A stretch of DNA of 63,385 nucleotides, counting the filler, from Octopus bimaculoides (lineage: Eukaryota), in NCBI RefSeq assembly GCF_001194135.2. It is 6 parts of 5 records of this genome, joined end to end, with 100 filler letters (N's around TTAATTAATTAA, not from the genome) between each part and the next. Parts side by side here need not be neighbours in the genome. Positions count along the whole stretch, not along the records: positions 10,717 to 21,772 come from NC_069002.1; positions 21,873 to 30,740 come from NC_068984.1; 4 more parts are not named here. One strand, given 5' to 3'. The notes under the pieces were generated by a model that was not told the DNA's origin, ran no database searches, and saw only the letters and a list, made by a program, of their open reading frames with translations. This document shows positions 13,711 to 27,065 of this stretch, in pieces. The position numbers and the translations under genes were made by a program. Every line of letters begins with the position of its first letter. Position 1 is the stretch's first letter.

Positions 13711-15599
13711 ATTATCATTATTAAAAACATTGATTCAGTTTCAGTTGAAGTGATGTTGATGGCTACAATATTTGTTATATAAAACAAGAGGAAAATATGT
13801 TTTAAGAATATATTAATATATGTTGCTATAAGTTTTAGACAAATAAACATGCTTACACGACAATTATTTCTGAATTTATGTCTTTTTATTAAATCTGTAT
13901 AATCACGGAGTTTATTTGAGCTATTAATAGTGAAAGGACAGCATATGTTTCTGGCAGAATTGTGAACGAACCATTCAAAAACACGATAAACCGACGCAAT
14001 AGTTTGCTGTCAATTCAATGGCGACTATTATTAATGCAATTACTAGCCTTGTCACTCATTAGAAGATCTTCCAAATGCCTTGCTTTACGTTACTTACATA
14101 ATTGTAATAATACTGTAAATGATTTACTGCCCAATACTAAATCTAAATGCACTCAGGCATTATTTCAAATTAACATTGTCGGCCATCTTTGCAAGGCTGT
14201 AAAAATAAGTTTTTGTTAACTTCACTTAAATGGCTAAATGGAATGTAGAGACAGACCTGCGCTTTTAAGATTAAATATATTGAATTTTTCATTAGAAAAG
14301 TGTTTGTGTGTTAAATTAAATGAGACAACAAATCCAAGGCTGTGTGGAATTTTCAGGATTTTTATAAACAGAAAGTTAGTCTTATAGCTGTTTCTAAGTC
14401 CACTCAGCTGGCAAAAATGAGTTGTAGCTGTAATTCAAAGGGCCAGCCCTGTCACACTCTGTGTCACGCTGAATCTCCCCGAGAACTACGTTAAAGGTAC
14501 ACGTGTCTGTGGCATGGTCAGCCACTTGCACGTTAATTTCACGAGCAAGCTCGGACCCTCGTCGTCATAACCGACGGAGTCCTCTGTTATATATATATAT
14601 ATATATACAACCTTCTGTTCGGCGTTCGCCATGATAGATCGCTGACCATTACATTTATATATATTTTTTTCTCCTTATTTNNNNNNNNNNNNNNNNNNNN
14701 NNNNNNNNNNNNNNNNNNNNNNNNNNNNNNNNNNNNNNNNNNNNNNNNNNNNNNNNNNNNNNNNNNNNNNNNNNNNNNNNNNNNNNNNNNNNNNNNNNNN
14801 NNNNNNNNNNNNNNNNNNNNNNNNNNNNNNNNNNNNNNNNNNNNNNNNNNNNNNNNNNNNNNNNNNNNNNNNNNNNNNNNNNNNNNNNNNNNNNNNNNNN
14901 NNNNNNNNNNNNNNNNNNNNNNNNNNNNNNNNNNNNNNNNNNNNNNNNNNNNNNNNNNNNNNNNNNNNNNNNNNNNNNNNNNNNNNNNNNNNNNNNNNNN
15001 NNNNNNNNNNNNNNNNNNNNNNNNNNNNNNNNNNNNNNNNNNNNNNNNNNNNNNNNNNNNNNNNNNNNNNNNNNNNNNNNNNNNNNNNNNNNNNNNNNNN
15101 NNNNNNNNNNNNNNNNNNNNNNNNNNNNNNNNNNNNNNNNNNNNNNNNNNNNNNNNNNNNNNNNNNNNNNNNNNNNNNNNNNNNNNNNNNNNNNNNNNNN
15201 NNNNNNNNNNNNNNNNNNNNNNNNNNNNNNNNNNNNNNNNNNNNNNNNNNNNNNNNNNNNNNNNNNNNNNNNNNNNNNNNNNNNNNNNNNNNNNNNNNNN
15301 NNNNNNNNNNNNNNNNNNNNNNNNNNNNNNNNNNNNNNNNNNNNNNNNNNNNNNNNNNNNNNNNNNNNNNNNNNNNNNTTTACCCAAGGTGCTGCACAGT
15401 GGTACTGAACCCAGTACCATATGGTTGGAAAGTATTCTTCTCCCCCTACCACTACCCATTTGTAACCGGCATTTCGAACGTTATCATTCAGCCATTACAA
15501 TATGGCTGTGTACTCAGAATACGACACTGGACATAACTAGAATACTAACTTCAAATGGAATGAAACAAGCAGCAGACTACATTACGTTGTGGAACAAAA

Positions 15600-15659
<60 letters not shown>

Positions 15660-16941
15660 AACTACTGCTAACAACCACAACAATAGTAACAACAATAATG
15701 GTTTCAAAATTTGGTACAAGGCCAGCAATGCCGGATAGGTGATAAGTCGATTACATCGACCCCAGTGTTCGACTGGTATTTATTTTATCGATCACCAAAA
15801 GATGAGAGGCAAAGTTGACTTCGACGGAATTTGAACTCAGAACGTAATGACGGACGAAATGCTACTCTGTATTTTGTCCGGCATGCTAACGATTCTGCCA
15901 GCACGCCACCTTCTGCTCATCAGTAATAATCCTTTTTTTTTCCTATAAGCACAAGGCCTGGAATTCGTGGGGAGGTGACTAGCTGATCACATCGACCACA
16001 GTGTTCAACTGGTACTTATTTTATCGACTCCGAAACGATGAAAAGCACAGTCGACCTCGGCGGAATCTGAACTCAGAACGTACAGACGAACGAAACGCTG
16101 CTAAGCATTTTGTCCGGGATTCAAACGATTCTGCCAGCCCACCGAAACAGTTCACTAGTAATAATAAAATGTGACACTACTACTTACTTGCAGGGTACTG
16201 AGTTCAAATTTAATCTTGGCATTTTGCAGTTTTTGTAATCTGAGGCCATTTTTTGAATCTCATTCGTTTTTCTCAAAAATGGCACGATTACCAAGAATAG
16301 ACAGAACAGCTGTTATTGTTTTCATTACTTCGTATATATTTCTGAAGCAACGGTATTTGAAGTATATGTCACGTATATACTTCACTCAATGAAAACGGTT
16401 TGAAGCATCGGCTCTCAAGATAGCGTTCTTGACGCAGGAGATATTTATTCATGTATTTGTTTATCAAATTGATTCTTTTCAGTTTAAATTTGATATAGTG
16501 AAGATTTTAAGTCGTGACATTCAACTCTTTCAACAAACAGACCAAAAGTGTTTATTTTCCTGTCAAGTTTCATATGATTTTAGTTTTAATTTCTCTGAAC
16601 AGCGTTCGACTAATTTAGGTCGTCTCTATAAATAGGTTGCTATTTCAGTTCGTATCCGCAAACGAAATTCAGACACACAATATACTTAAAAAATTCATTG
16701 GTTTCTGAGAATTTGTCTCGTCATATCACTGTCAAATATAAGCAACTGAACTCATATATTTACAGTTGTGTAAAATGTTGTAAAACACACATTCAGAAAA
16801 TATACGTGCGCGCATATTTATACATACATACACAGTTGCATCTGTTCTAAGCTAATACTGCATAAAATGCACCTACTGACGCTGTTTTTTTTAGTTGTTT
16901 TTGTCGGTGTCTTTAATAAACTTATACGATATCTATAACGA

Positions 16942-16944
<3 letters not shown>

Positions 16945-16998
<54 letters not shown>

Positions 16999-17024
16999 AC
17001 CTACCTACCTACCTACCTACCTAC

Positions 17025-17069
<45 letters not shown>

Positions 17070-17074
17070 CATCC

Positions 17075-17129
<55 letters not shown>

Positions 17130-17130
17130 C

Positions 17131-17182
<52 letters not shown>

Positions 17183-17200
17183 GTCTGTCTATCTATCTAT
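16945..17200. repeat. (TCTT)/(CCTA)/(TCTA)n compound tetranucleotide microsatellite
   Basis: Direct reading. Confidence 0.95.
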
Positions 17201-17703
17201 CAATGTTGCCCTTTGCATCATATGAAAGTTGCTGGACTAGAAACATAGCATTCTCTCTCACCGTGTTGTATGAAGGCATCAGCTTTTTTTCCACAATGAT
17301 TAAGATACAAAAAGACACGCATGCATAAACAAACATATCATCGTCAGCATATACACACACACATATAAATATATATGTGTGTGCGTGTTTGTGTGCTTGA
17401 AAACAAGAGTGGAGATGGCTTTTTGGGGGCATAACTTTAATCTTAATAAAAATGTTTATACTGAGGTATTCTGTTATGAGTTTCAACCTTCAAATAACCA
17501 TTTTCAAACAGAAAAACGTATGTTTTTACTGGTTGGTTAAATAGAAAACAAATCTTAAAAATATATTCAAAAGCTGTGTGTAGAAAAAGAAGAAGAAGAA
17601 CAAGAACAAGAAGAAGAAATGAAGCTAAAATTGAAAGTAAATATAAAAATAAAGATAGTAATTGGGAACGGAGGGGGAAAGAGGGTTAAGTCCATCAAGA
17701 ATA

Positions 17704-18067
17704 ATGGCCCAGTCGTTAGGGCAGCGGACTCGCGGTCGTAGGATTGCAGTTTCCATTCCCAGCCTGAGCGTCGTGAGTGTTTATTGAGCGAAAGCACCTA
17801 AAGCTCCACGAGGCTCCGCTAGGGGTTGGTGGCGAACCCTGCTGTACTCTTTCACCACAAATTTCTCTCTCTTCCTGTTTCTGTTGTACCTGTATTTTCG
17901 AAGGGCCAGCCTTGTGACACTCTGTGTCACGCTGTATCTCCCCGAGAACTACGTTAAGGGTACACGTGTCTGTGGAGTGCTCAGCCACTTTCATGTTAAT
18001 TTCACGAGCAGGTTGTTCCGTTAATCAGATTAACTGGAACCCTCGTCGTCGTAACCGACGGAGTGCC
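17704..18067 (+). mobile_element. tRNA-derived SINE family C
   Basis: Degenerate A-box-like head tggcccagtcgttagggcagcgg; matches 39001-39382 and the partial copy at about 14400-14585. Confidence 0.8.
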
Positions 18068-19002
18068 AACACAGTTGACACACCTAAATCATATGTTTAT
18101 TCTGTTTAAAAACATACGATGGTCTTCATTCAGAAAATTACTAATTTTCTCAACTAGCTCTGGAATTAACACGTCCCTCCCCTCCCAAACCTCTCATCCG
18201 ATCTCACCTTTTCTCTACTATTAATATGCCAGCGAAGAGAGGTAATTTATAAGCCATACATATTTGATGTGTTTCTATAACGTTTTTGCCCAACTAAAAC
18301 ACAAAACTGTTTTGCAAAGCAAGCTTCTAAAGTAACCGACTGCATTCCGCAAACCAGTCAGCTGTGACAAGTAGTCTTTTGTAGGTTGTGTTCAAAATGC
18401 TGTTATAGTCGTCTCTTTCATTCTGGATTAACAAACGTTGGTAGGTCAGCTTATTTGATGTATATCAATGATATAGCAAAATTACTATAATCCGGGACAG
18501 ATATAACTGTCTCTCCTAGAAAAGTCTCAAAACATATGGAATGAACTTCGTATGGATGTACGAATGCAACTTTTCAGTTGTGAGACTGCGGCCATGCTGG
18601 GGCACCACCCTGTAGAATTTTGGTCGAATGAATCAACCTCAGTATTTATTTATTTCTAAAGTCTGGTACTTAATCTACCGATCTCTTGCCCAACCGCTAA
18701 TTTATAGGGTCATAAACACTTCAACACCGGTTGTAAAGCAGGTGGAGGACACACACACTTATACACACAACTGGCTTACTTCAATTTTCGTCTACCAAAT
18801 CTACTCACAAGGCTTTAGGTCATCCCGAGGTTATAGTAGAAGATACTTGCCTAAGGTGCCACGCGGTGGGCTTGAACACGGAACCATGTGGTTGGGAAGC
18901 GAACTACTTACCACACAGCCAGTAGATAAATGCTCATTACCCTTTGTGCCAATCAAAGCCAATAATTTTAGGGAGTGGGGGTTAGTTGCGTGATTATATA
19001 TA

Positions 19003-19341
19003 CGGGGTGTCCACAAAGTCAGGCTACATGGAGTAAATAAAATCATAACATAAACAATTAAATATAAGAAATAATAATTTCTTAAAGTATGTGTTAATCC
19101 CCATGTGGGTACATGGAGTAAATAAAACCATAACATAAACAATTAAATATAAGAAATAATANNNNNNNNNNATAACATAAACAATTAAATATAAGAAATA
19201 ATAATTTCTTAAAGTATGTGTTAATCCCCATGTGGGTACATGGAGTAAATAAAACCATAACATAAACAATTAAATATAAGAAATAATAATTTCTTAAAGT
19301 ATGTGTTAATCACCATGTACCCAAACTTTGTGGACACCCTG
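19003..19341. mobile_element. Tc1/mariner-type MITE with an internal 85-bp tandem repeat
   Basis: TA flanks; TIRs cggggtgtccacaaagt / actttgtggacaccctg; repeat units start at 19025 and 19110, about 4 copies across a 10-N gap. Confidence 0.8.
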
Positions 19342-21038
19342 TATTTATGACTTAGCATACTTTTATAATTACTAAAGATTGAAGTGATAAAAAGTATCAT
19401 ATTTTATATCTGAGAAGGTTAATAAAGAAAATTGGTCAGTTATCATTGGTCGAGTTCGTACAATCTCTTGCAAGAAGCGAATCAACTCTGTATACGGCAC
19501 CGCAAGTAAGCTATTGACAGCAATCTTATTTCGAAAAACAACACCAACAAAAACGTCTTTGAGACCACGAAGCGCGCAAATGTTTTAATTAAACTTTCTT
19601 GATTTTATTTTTTAAAAAAAGAAATACATAGAAGAATACATAGTATTTAAGAAAAGGCAATATTTATCTCCCCTTAAACTTTACTGCAGTAGTTACTATG
19701 GGAAAAACTCCCATATTAGCTCAACAATGCAAAATGCACTCTTATTTATATCCTCACCACCTCCAGCACCGAGACCACCCGATTACGTCGTTTCGACCGT
19801 GTTTGGCTTTGTCAATGATGGATACTCAACCGCTAGAAGCAGCAGCCGTTCATTACCCCGCCAGCGATATATAGATTAACAGTTGCAAAGCAGGCGCTGT
19901 GTCAATATTAGCCTGTTAGCGTAAAGAATATATTTCAGCGATAGAAGCAGTGTTAATACCGAGAGATAATATTTATCACCACTTAATGATGGATGTTCTG
20001 TTAGAACAAACTTTACTGCAATATTTACCACAAGAGACGCACTCATATTGTTTTTTCAGTGCATTTTGCAACAAAAAGGTGGTAATTTAGAGTTGGGTAT
20101 GCGCGATGGGCTTAAGGACACTGAAAAATTTCATAAACGGGTTCTATAAACTTTTGAAGAATAGTTTTAAAAAGCGTATTTTTGGGTGTTGTCATGCGGC
20201 AAAATTACACCAATTTCCTGAAGCAGTTTTCTATGTGTTTTGCATAAATCTAAACCATTTATCTTTTGTTTCAGGCGATGGAGTGCGGCCATGCTGTAGC
20301 AACATCTTCAAGATATTTAGTCGAGAAAATCGATGCCAATTCATTATATGTTTTTTTAAAAGCTTGATACATATTGTATTGGAAGCTTTCGACGAAATCG
20401 TTAAGTTACGGGAACCTAAACAAACCAACAGCAGTTGTCATGTGACAGAGGAAAGAAGCACATAGACCCATAAATTTCGAGCCCCCACTCCATGTATTTA
20501 TACGACGGGCTTCCAGTCATTTTCCGCCTATGAAATTCACTCACAAAACATTGGTCGAACCGGAGCTCCAGCAGAAAGCTCTTCCCCAAGATACCGTGTT
20601 GTGCGATTGAACCCCAAAACCACATGGTTGCAAAGCAAACTTCTTAACCACACAGCCATGACATATATATATTTTTTTCTCATCGCATAAAAAATGTTGA
20701 CAAGAAATATTCATAGGATGCGCTGCCAAATTCTTGCAAGTTGTCGAAATTATTTGGCGAAATTTGTTTACCTATTTGGTGTTTTTCCACTGAAGAACCT
20801 CGTAACCAGCGCGAGATCTTGGAAACTACTGCTCGACAATTTATAAATTAACTCAACTTTTTCCAAATTTTCCCTCAACTTTTTCCTTAATTCCAAATTG
20901 GTGCTGTCTTTTTGTAGCTTCCCTAGCATCGTCTTCTAATCTGATCTCCTATAAAACTAAGTGAAACAAAACAAATTGTGTTGGTCCAAAAGGCAGCATA
21001 TTCACGGAAAAACCAATAATCAAAACTGGCAAAAAAAA

Positions 21039-21153
<115 letters not shown>

Positions 21154-21553
21154 AACACAAAGGCACACACACACACCCACAAACACAAACACAAAGGCAC
21201 ACACACGCACGCATACGAGCGCATGCACACACACAGACATACATATATATGTATACGCGCACAGATACATGTAAACAGACACACGCATGCACCGACACAG
21301 ACACATATAAGCAGACACGCACATACTCACACGCACACACGCACACACACACACACACACACAAAGCACACCAAGTACACAGCCATACAGAAGGTGAATT
21401 GAAATGAACTTCGTCGAATAATACTGAATAGATTAAGCCCTTGGCTACTTTCCCTAACATATCGTCATAAGCATAAAATGCTCCATATTGGAAAGCGATA
21501 TTGCATGCGCTGCACTCTAATACGCCGGGGGGTTGCCCATGTATGTGTGTGCG

Positions 21554-21593
<40 letters not shown>

Positions 21594-21741
21594 GATGGCT
21601 GGACGGATGTTTGTGTTAATGTATGTATACATGTATGTGTGTACAAGTGTATGAATGTGTGTATGTCTGTATACTTGCCTACATGCCTACATACGTACAT
21701 ATGTTGGCTTGTACCAATAAGTGTACATATATATGTATATA

Positions 21742-21772
<31 letters not shown>

Positions 21773-23043
21773 NNNNNNNNNNNNNNNNNNNNNNNNNNNN
21801 NNNNNNNNNNNNNNNNTTAATTAATTAANNNNNNNNNNNNNNNNNNNNNNNNNNNNNNNNNNNNNNNNNNNNTATATATAGGTAAAATCTGGCAGTACTC
21901 AGAGTACAGAACCACCTCATCAGTAAATGTCATTTATTTTCAGACATAATGTAACTAGGAATACATTACCCAACGTGTCCTCTCAATTTTTATGTAATTT
22001 GAGAAATATAGATTTTTATGTGCTATTTTTAGCAAGTCAAGCGACCACGAAGAGCAGGCTCATTCTTCACTCATCCAGATTAGCGCAGTTTTATTCATTA
22101 CAGCAACTTGGGGATTATTACTATAATTGTTACCGATTTCAAGCGTTGAGTAGTGAGGTTTTTAAAATTTGTATAATAAAGTGGATTAGAATTAAGTTTT
22201 AAATCTCTCTTACACAACTTCTGCTCCCCCCCTCTGTGAATGTTGTGTGTATGCGTATGTAATGGGTGGGACTCGAAATATAATTTAGATAAAGGATACG
22301 TCACAACACTTATATGATTTAAGAGTTGTACCTTAACCTTCCCCACACCCACCCATTTTGAACTTCCAGCCCCATCCAATTAAACATTTTATTTTTGTCA
22401 ACCGAAACTTGCGAAGTGAAGGCTAATCGATTACATCGACCCCAATGCTCAACTGGTACTTATTTTATCGACCCCGAAATGATGAGAGTTAAAGCCGACC
22501 TTGGCGGAATTTAAATTCAGAACATAAAGCCGAACGAAATACCGCTAAAGATTTTATCCGGCGTGCTAACGATCCTTCCAGCGCGCTGCCTTACTTAATT
22601 AAACATTAAGTATTGCTAAAAAAAAAAACAGAATAAAACAAAATAATCTATAAGGTGTTGTTGTTGTTGTTTTTGTTTAACATCGTGCTAACTTCCCCCA
22701 TTTACGTCAGCTATTCATTCGGTTGCAAACAAAGTTATGTCAGGAGTAAAGGATATCAACTTAGGCATTTGTGGTACAGTGAACAATATATATACATATA
22801 CATATATATGTGTGTGTGTGTGTAGTTATTTTGGGGTTGTTCGTTTGTGCGTGTGTGTTTTGTCTTTCAACATGAAGACAACGCAACACAGATTTTATAA
22901 AAAGACTTTCTCTTTGAACACTTAATGAAAGTACGTGCATGATTATCAAATATTTTTATCAGCAGCGTAGCGACAAGAAACGACCAAGTATATCTTCAAA
23001 CTCCTCGTTGAACCAAGAACAGCAATAATATCTTAATACTTAC

Positions 23044-23170
23044 TAGACTGAAGGCTGCTGCAACTGATTGACGATGTACTTCTGTCAAGCCGCGTGCCAT
23101 AATATTGCCAACCAGATATCAACAGAAACATGGCGATTATATAAATAACAAGGATTATCCAATATTCCAT
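23044..23170 (-). CDS. Orphan coding exon with a signal-peptide-like sequence MEYWIILVIYIIAMFLLISGWQYYGTRLDRSTSSISCSSLQS
   Basis: Strong acceptor ttttttctttctctgttacag (exon starts 23176), ATG at 23170, hydrophobic core of about 16 aa, canonical donor gtaagt at 23043, ends in phase 1; no partner exon found. Confidence 0.5.
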
Positions 23171-24852
23171 TGTACACTGTAACAGAGAAAGAAAAAATAC
23201 ATTTAAAACCACCAAATATTATTATTTTATGTGAGTCCTTGTGGCTAATTAAAGAAAAAATTATTATTATTATTATTGTTGACGTCATAAGAAGTTAGAA
23301 ACTTCGAGAACGTTTTAAATTCTTTTGACCTCAGCAAAATGCAATTGTCGCTGTTAAGAATTAAGTTTCTGAATGAATAGAGAAATTCGAAGGATTGCTT
23401 TGGTTCAGTAGTAAAACCCCTATACTGAGCAGCCTTCGACTTTTCTATCCAAAGGAATTTTAGCACAATATTTAGGCACTATTATTTATAGCTTTATCTG
23501 CTTCGAGTTTCACGGTTTCTTAACAGAATTATTATTCTTATTTAGGCGGCAGCGAGCTGACTGAATCGTTAGCACGTCGGATAAACTGTTTTGCAGCATT
23601 TCTTCCGACCGATTACGTTCTGAGTTCAAAATTCCGCTGAGGTCAACTTTGCTTTTCATCATTTCAGGGGTCTATAAAATAATGTACTAGTCAAGTACTG
23701 TGTCGATGGCACCGGCTAAACCCCTTCACTCAAAATTGCTGGCTTTGTGCCTAAATCAGAAACCATTTAATGTGGCGAGCTGGTAGAATTGTTAGTGTGT
23801 CAGTTAAAATGCTTTGTGGTGTTTCTTTCGGCTTTTTGTTTTCTGAATGCAAATCTCACCGAGATTGACGTTGCTCTTCTTCCTTCCAGGGTCGATGAAA
23901 TAAAACACCAGCCTAGCACTGACGTTCATGATATCAGCTAACCACCTCCTTCCAAAATATCTAGTCTTGTGCCTAATTAGAAACAATTCGTTGCTATTAT
24001 GCAAAAGTGCCGTAAGTCCAAAACGTTGCTTTATCAGAAAACGAAAAAATAGCTTCACCATTCCATAGCAAAACAGTTGTACTACACTTTAACAATTTTT
24101 GATATCTTGGCGTCTGAAGCAGCTGGAGATACGATAGTTTGACCAAAACAACTGGCTATTGCAAGCAAAAATAAATATTGAAAAAAAAAAAACGCATTTG
24201 GCCAAATTTGGACATACGACAGTTTAACATAATAGCAAAGAATTGTATAGTTCCATTATGTACAAGTTTTGCGTCAGTTAATGAGTGAACTAAAATATTA
24301 TATATTTAATTACTTTAACTCTTATGTATGTATATGTGTGTGTGTGCGCGCGTGTGTGTGGATAGATAGGTGCAGGCATGCTTGTGTAGCTATGAAGCTC
24401 GGGCTTCGCAACTACGTGGTTTCAGGTTCAGTCCCACTGCGCGGCACAACAATTCGACAAAAGAACCGATAGAATAACTACGAGACTTAAAAGAAGAAAA
24501 ATACTGGGGTCACTTTTATCGACTAAACCAGTGGTTCTCAATCGGGGTCCATATAAGGTTTTGCTGCTAAAAAATGTGCAATGAATCGGCTATATTCCTT
24601 CAATACACAAGGCGGTACTCCAGCATGGTTGCAGTCCAATGACTGAAACAAGTAAAAGGTAAAAGATAGTTTAACATAATCCTCTGGCTTTTTCTTCTTT
24701 TAGCAAAAATTGTGATTTTTTCTGTGACTATATTTTCAGAGTTTTATCATCTTCAAAATAAAATATAAAACAAAATCAACTTCGCCAAGATTTGTAGAAC
24801 TTTAAATAGTCAAATGGCAATAAATCTGTCTCGGTGAAGATTCGCTAATATA

Positions 24853-26281
24853 TTAGGTCATCCCATAAAATAGGGCGGGTTTTTTCAACTGCATGAACTA
24901 AAAGTCGGAGGGAGATGGGATAACTACCTACCACAACTTGCTATAAAAGCAGGTAGTAATTTTCCTTTTTGCTTATTCTTACGCTTTTTCTCTTTTTTTG
25001 GGGGGGGTGGGGGAAACGCAAACACACAAACACACACACATACATGTATATACATATATACGACGGGCTTCTTTCAGTTTCCGTCTACCAAATCCACTCA
25101 CAAGGCTTTGGTCGGCCCGAGGCTATAGTAGAAGACACTTGCCCAAGGTGCCACGCAGTGGGAATGAACCCGGAACCATGTGGTTGGTAAGCAAGCTACT
25201 TACCACGCAGTCACTCCTGCGCCTTAGTGCAAGTTTTGAAGAGTGCAGTTCGATTTTAACAGTTATTTTTTCAAAGCTACTGGAAGTGACAAAGGATCGT
25301 ATTCGGCATATTTTACTTTATGAGTTTAATAAAGGCAACAACGCAACGGAAAGTGCGCGGAATATTAATGCAGTATATAGGGATCGGACAATAAGCGTAA
25401 GCCAGTGTCAACTGTGGTCCCAGAAATTCCGAGCTGGAAGCTACAGCCTAGAAGATGAGCCTTGTTCTAGAAGATCTGTACAGCTCGACGAGGACGTCCT
25501 GCAAACCCTGGTGGAACAAAATCCAATCGGAACTGTTGAAGAACTAGCAGAGAAGCTTGGATTTGGTCATTCAACCATTCATCAACACCTGCGTGCCATT
25601 GGAAAATTCAGAAAATTAGGTCAATATATTTCTCACAAATTTTCCGAGTCTAATCGCGCGCAGAGAATGAATGTGTACTCTTCTTTGCTGTCATGTCTCA
25701 CGAATAAACCTTTTTGGGACAGAATAGTAACTGGTGACGAGAAATGGGTTCTCTATAAAAATGTCAAGCGCCGAAGACAGTGGGTAGGGAAAGCAGAAAC
25801 ACCGGCCCCTCAGGCTAAGAAAGGTCGTCACCACGTAAGGTGTTGTTTCCTGTTTGGTGGGATATGAAACGTTTAGTCAGCACTAGAAGAAAAACGACCA
25901 TCTTAGATTTCAAGACGAAAGGTGTTCTTCCATCAGGATAATGCTCAGCAACATACAGCGAGGATGACTTTCCAAAGGCTGGATGCCCCACCTACCATAT
26001 TCGTCGGACATTGCCCCATCTGATTATCATTTATTCCGCAGTTTTAAAAAACATTTGGACGAAAAAAATACGAATACTGTAGACGAGGTCAGAACAGTAC
26101 TGGAAGAGTATTTTTTGTCACGGACAAGAGAATATTGGAAGAGGAGTATTGCAAGATTACCAGATAGATGGAAGAGCATTGAGGAAAATAAAGGAGAGTA
26201 TATTTCAGATTAAAAAAGAACTTTCTTTATCTTAATTTTGAAAAAAATGAAAGAAGTATAAAAAAAACCGCATGGGATGAC
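24853..26281 (+). mobile_element. Mariner element 1 (near full length, defective)
   Basis: 5' TIR ttaggtcatcccataaaatagggcgggtttt; partly deleted 3' TIR aaaaaaaccgcatgggatgac; transposase RIRHILLYEF..., TGDEKW, HQDNA, PYSSDIAPSDYHLF; putative start codon reads CTG at 25280; internal deletion/frameshift near 25870. Confidence 0.9.
25020..25223 (-). mobile_element. SINE family B inserted in the 5' region of mariner 1
   Basis: Reverse complement of the family B head and body (ggcgcaggagtg...ccttgggcaagtgtcttctactatagcctcgggccgacc). Confidence 0.85.
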
Positions 26282-27065
26282 TCACCGAGTTCAAATCGGT
26301 AAAGTGAAAAAGTTGGATAAGTGGGTTCCACATGAACTCAATGAAAATCAGAAACAGCAACGTTTGGAAGCCTGCATTATGTTACTTCCTCATCACAAAA
26401 ATGAATTCATTTTTGAATCAAATTGTAACATGTGATGAGAAATGGATCCAATACGACAACCCTAAACAAAGACGAACCACCAAAACACAGTCCAAAAAGC
26501 AAAATTCATAAAAAAAAAAAGCTGACGGTCTGTTTGGTGGTCTGGCGCAGGTGTGATCCATTATGATTTCATTAAACCTAGCTCATCAATCACGGCCGAA
26601 GTATACTGCAGCCAACTGGACTAAATGATGAAGAAACTTACAAAAAAGAAACAGTCTAGATTAGTCAACAGATCCACTCCTATTTTATTGCAAGACAACG
26701 CCAGACCACACATCGCAAAAATGACATTGGCGAAACTACAGGAGTTGGAGTTGGAAGTTCTCCATCATCCACTATACTCACCTGATCTTGTCCCCACTGA
26801 CTACCACTTCTTCTAGAATTTGGATAACTTTTTGATAGGAAAAACATTTAATTCCGATGATGCTGTAAAACAAGCCTTCCAAGATTTTATTCTCTCTAGA
26901 TTGCCAGTCTTTTACAGTTCCGGGCTGGACCAGCTACCGCTAAATTGGCAAAAGTGTATTGACAATATGGGTGCATACTTTGATGAATAAAACTATTCCT
27001 TGTAGTTATAAAACATTAGCAAACATTTTTTCTTTTCTACAAATTTCATACTTGACGACCAAATA
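26282..27065 (+). mobile_element. Mariner element 2, 3' half of a different subfamily
   Basis: Translation KLDKWVPHELNENQ..., TCDEKW, LLQDNARPH, YSPDLVPTDYHFF*, ...GAYFDE*; starts mid-ORF directly after the TIR of element 1. Confidence 0.88.

Noticed and set aside
14098-14197. Minus-strand segment with a strong acceptor and a gtaagt donor
   Set aside because: Stops in all three frames; at most a non-coding exon, with no support.
16270-16700. Possible Tc1-like transposase remnant (MARLPRIDR...)
   Set aside because: Too decayed; no TIRs or catalytic motifs identifiable by eye.
19400-19580. Open frame GLKDVFVGVVFRNK... resembling a VFT first strand
   Set aside because: Closed upstream by a stop with no AG acceptor; no donor.
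24530-24620. CAGTGGTTCTCAA, a hAT/Charlie-like end inside a SINE tail
   Set aside because: No matching second TIR or target duplication found.
24998-25279. N-terminal part of the 289-aa ORF
   Set aside because: Non-ATG start in microsatellite and antisense SINE; chance in-frame fusion to the transposase.
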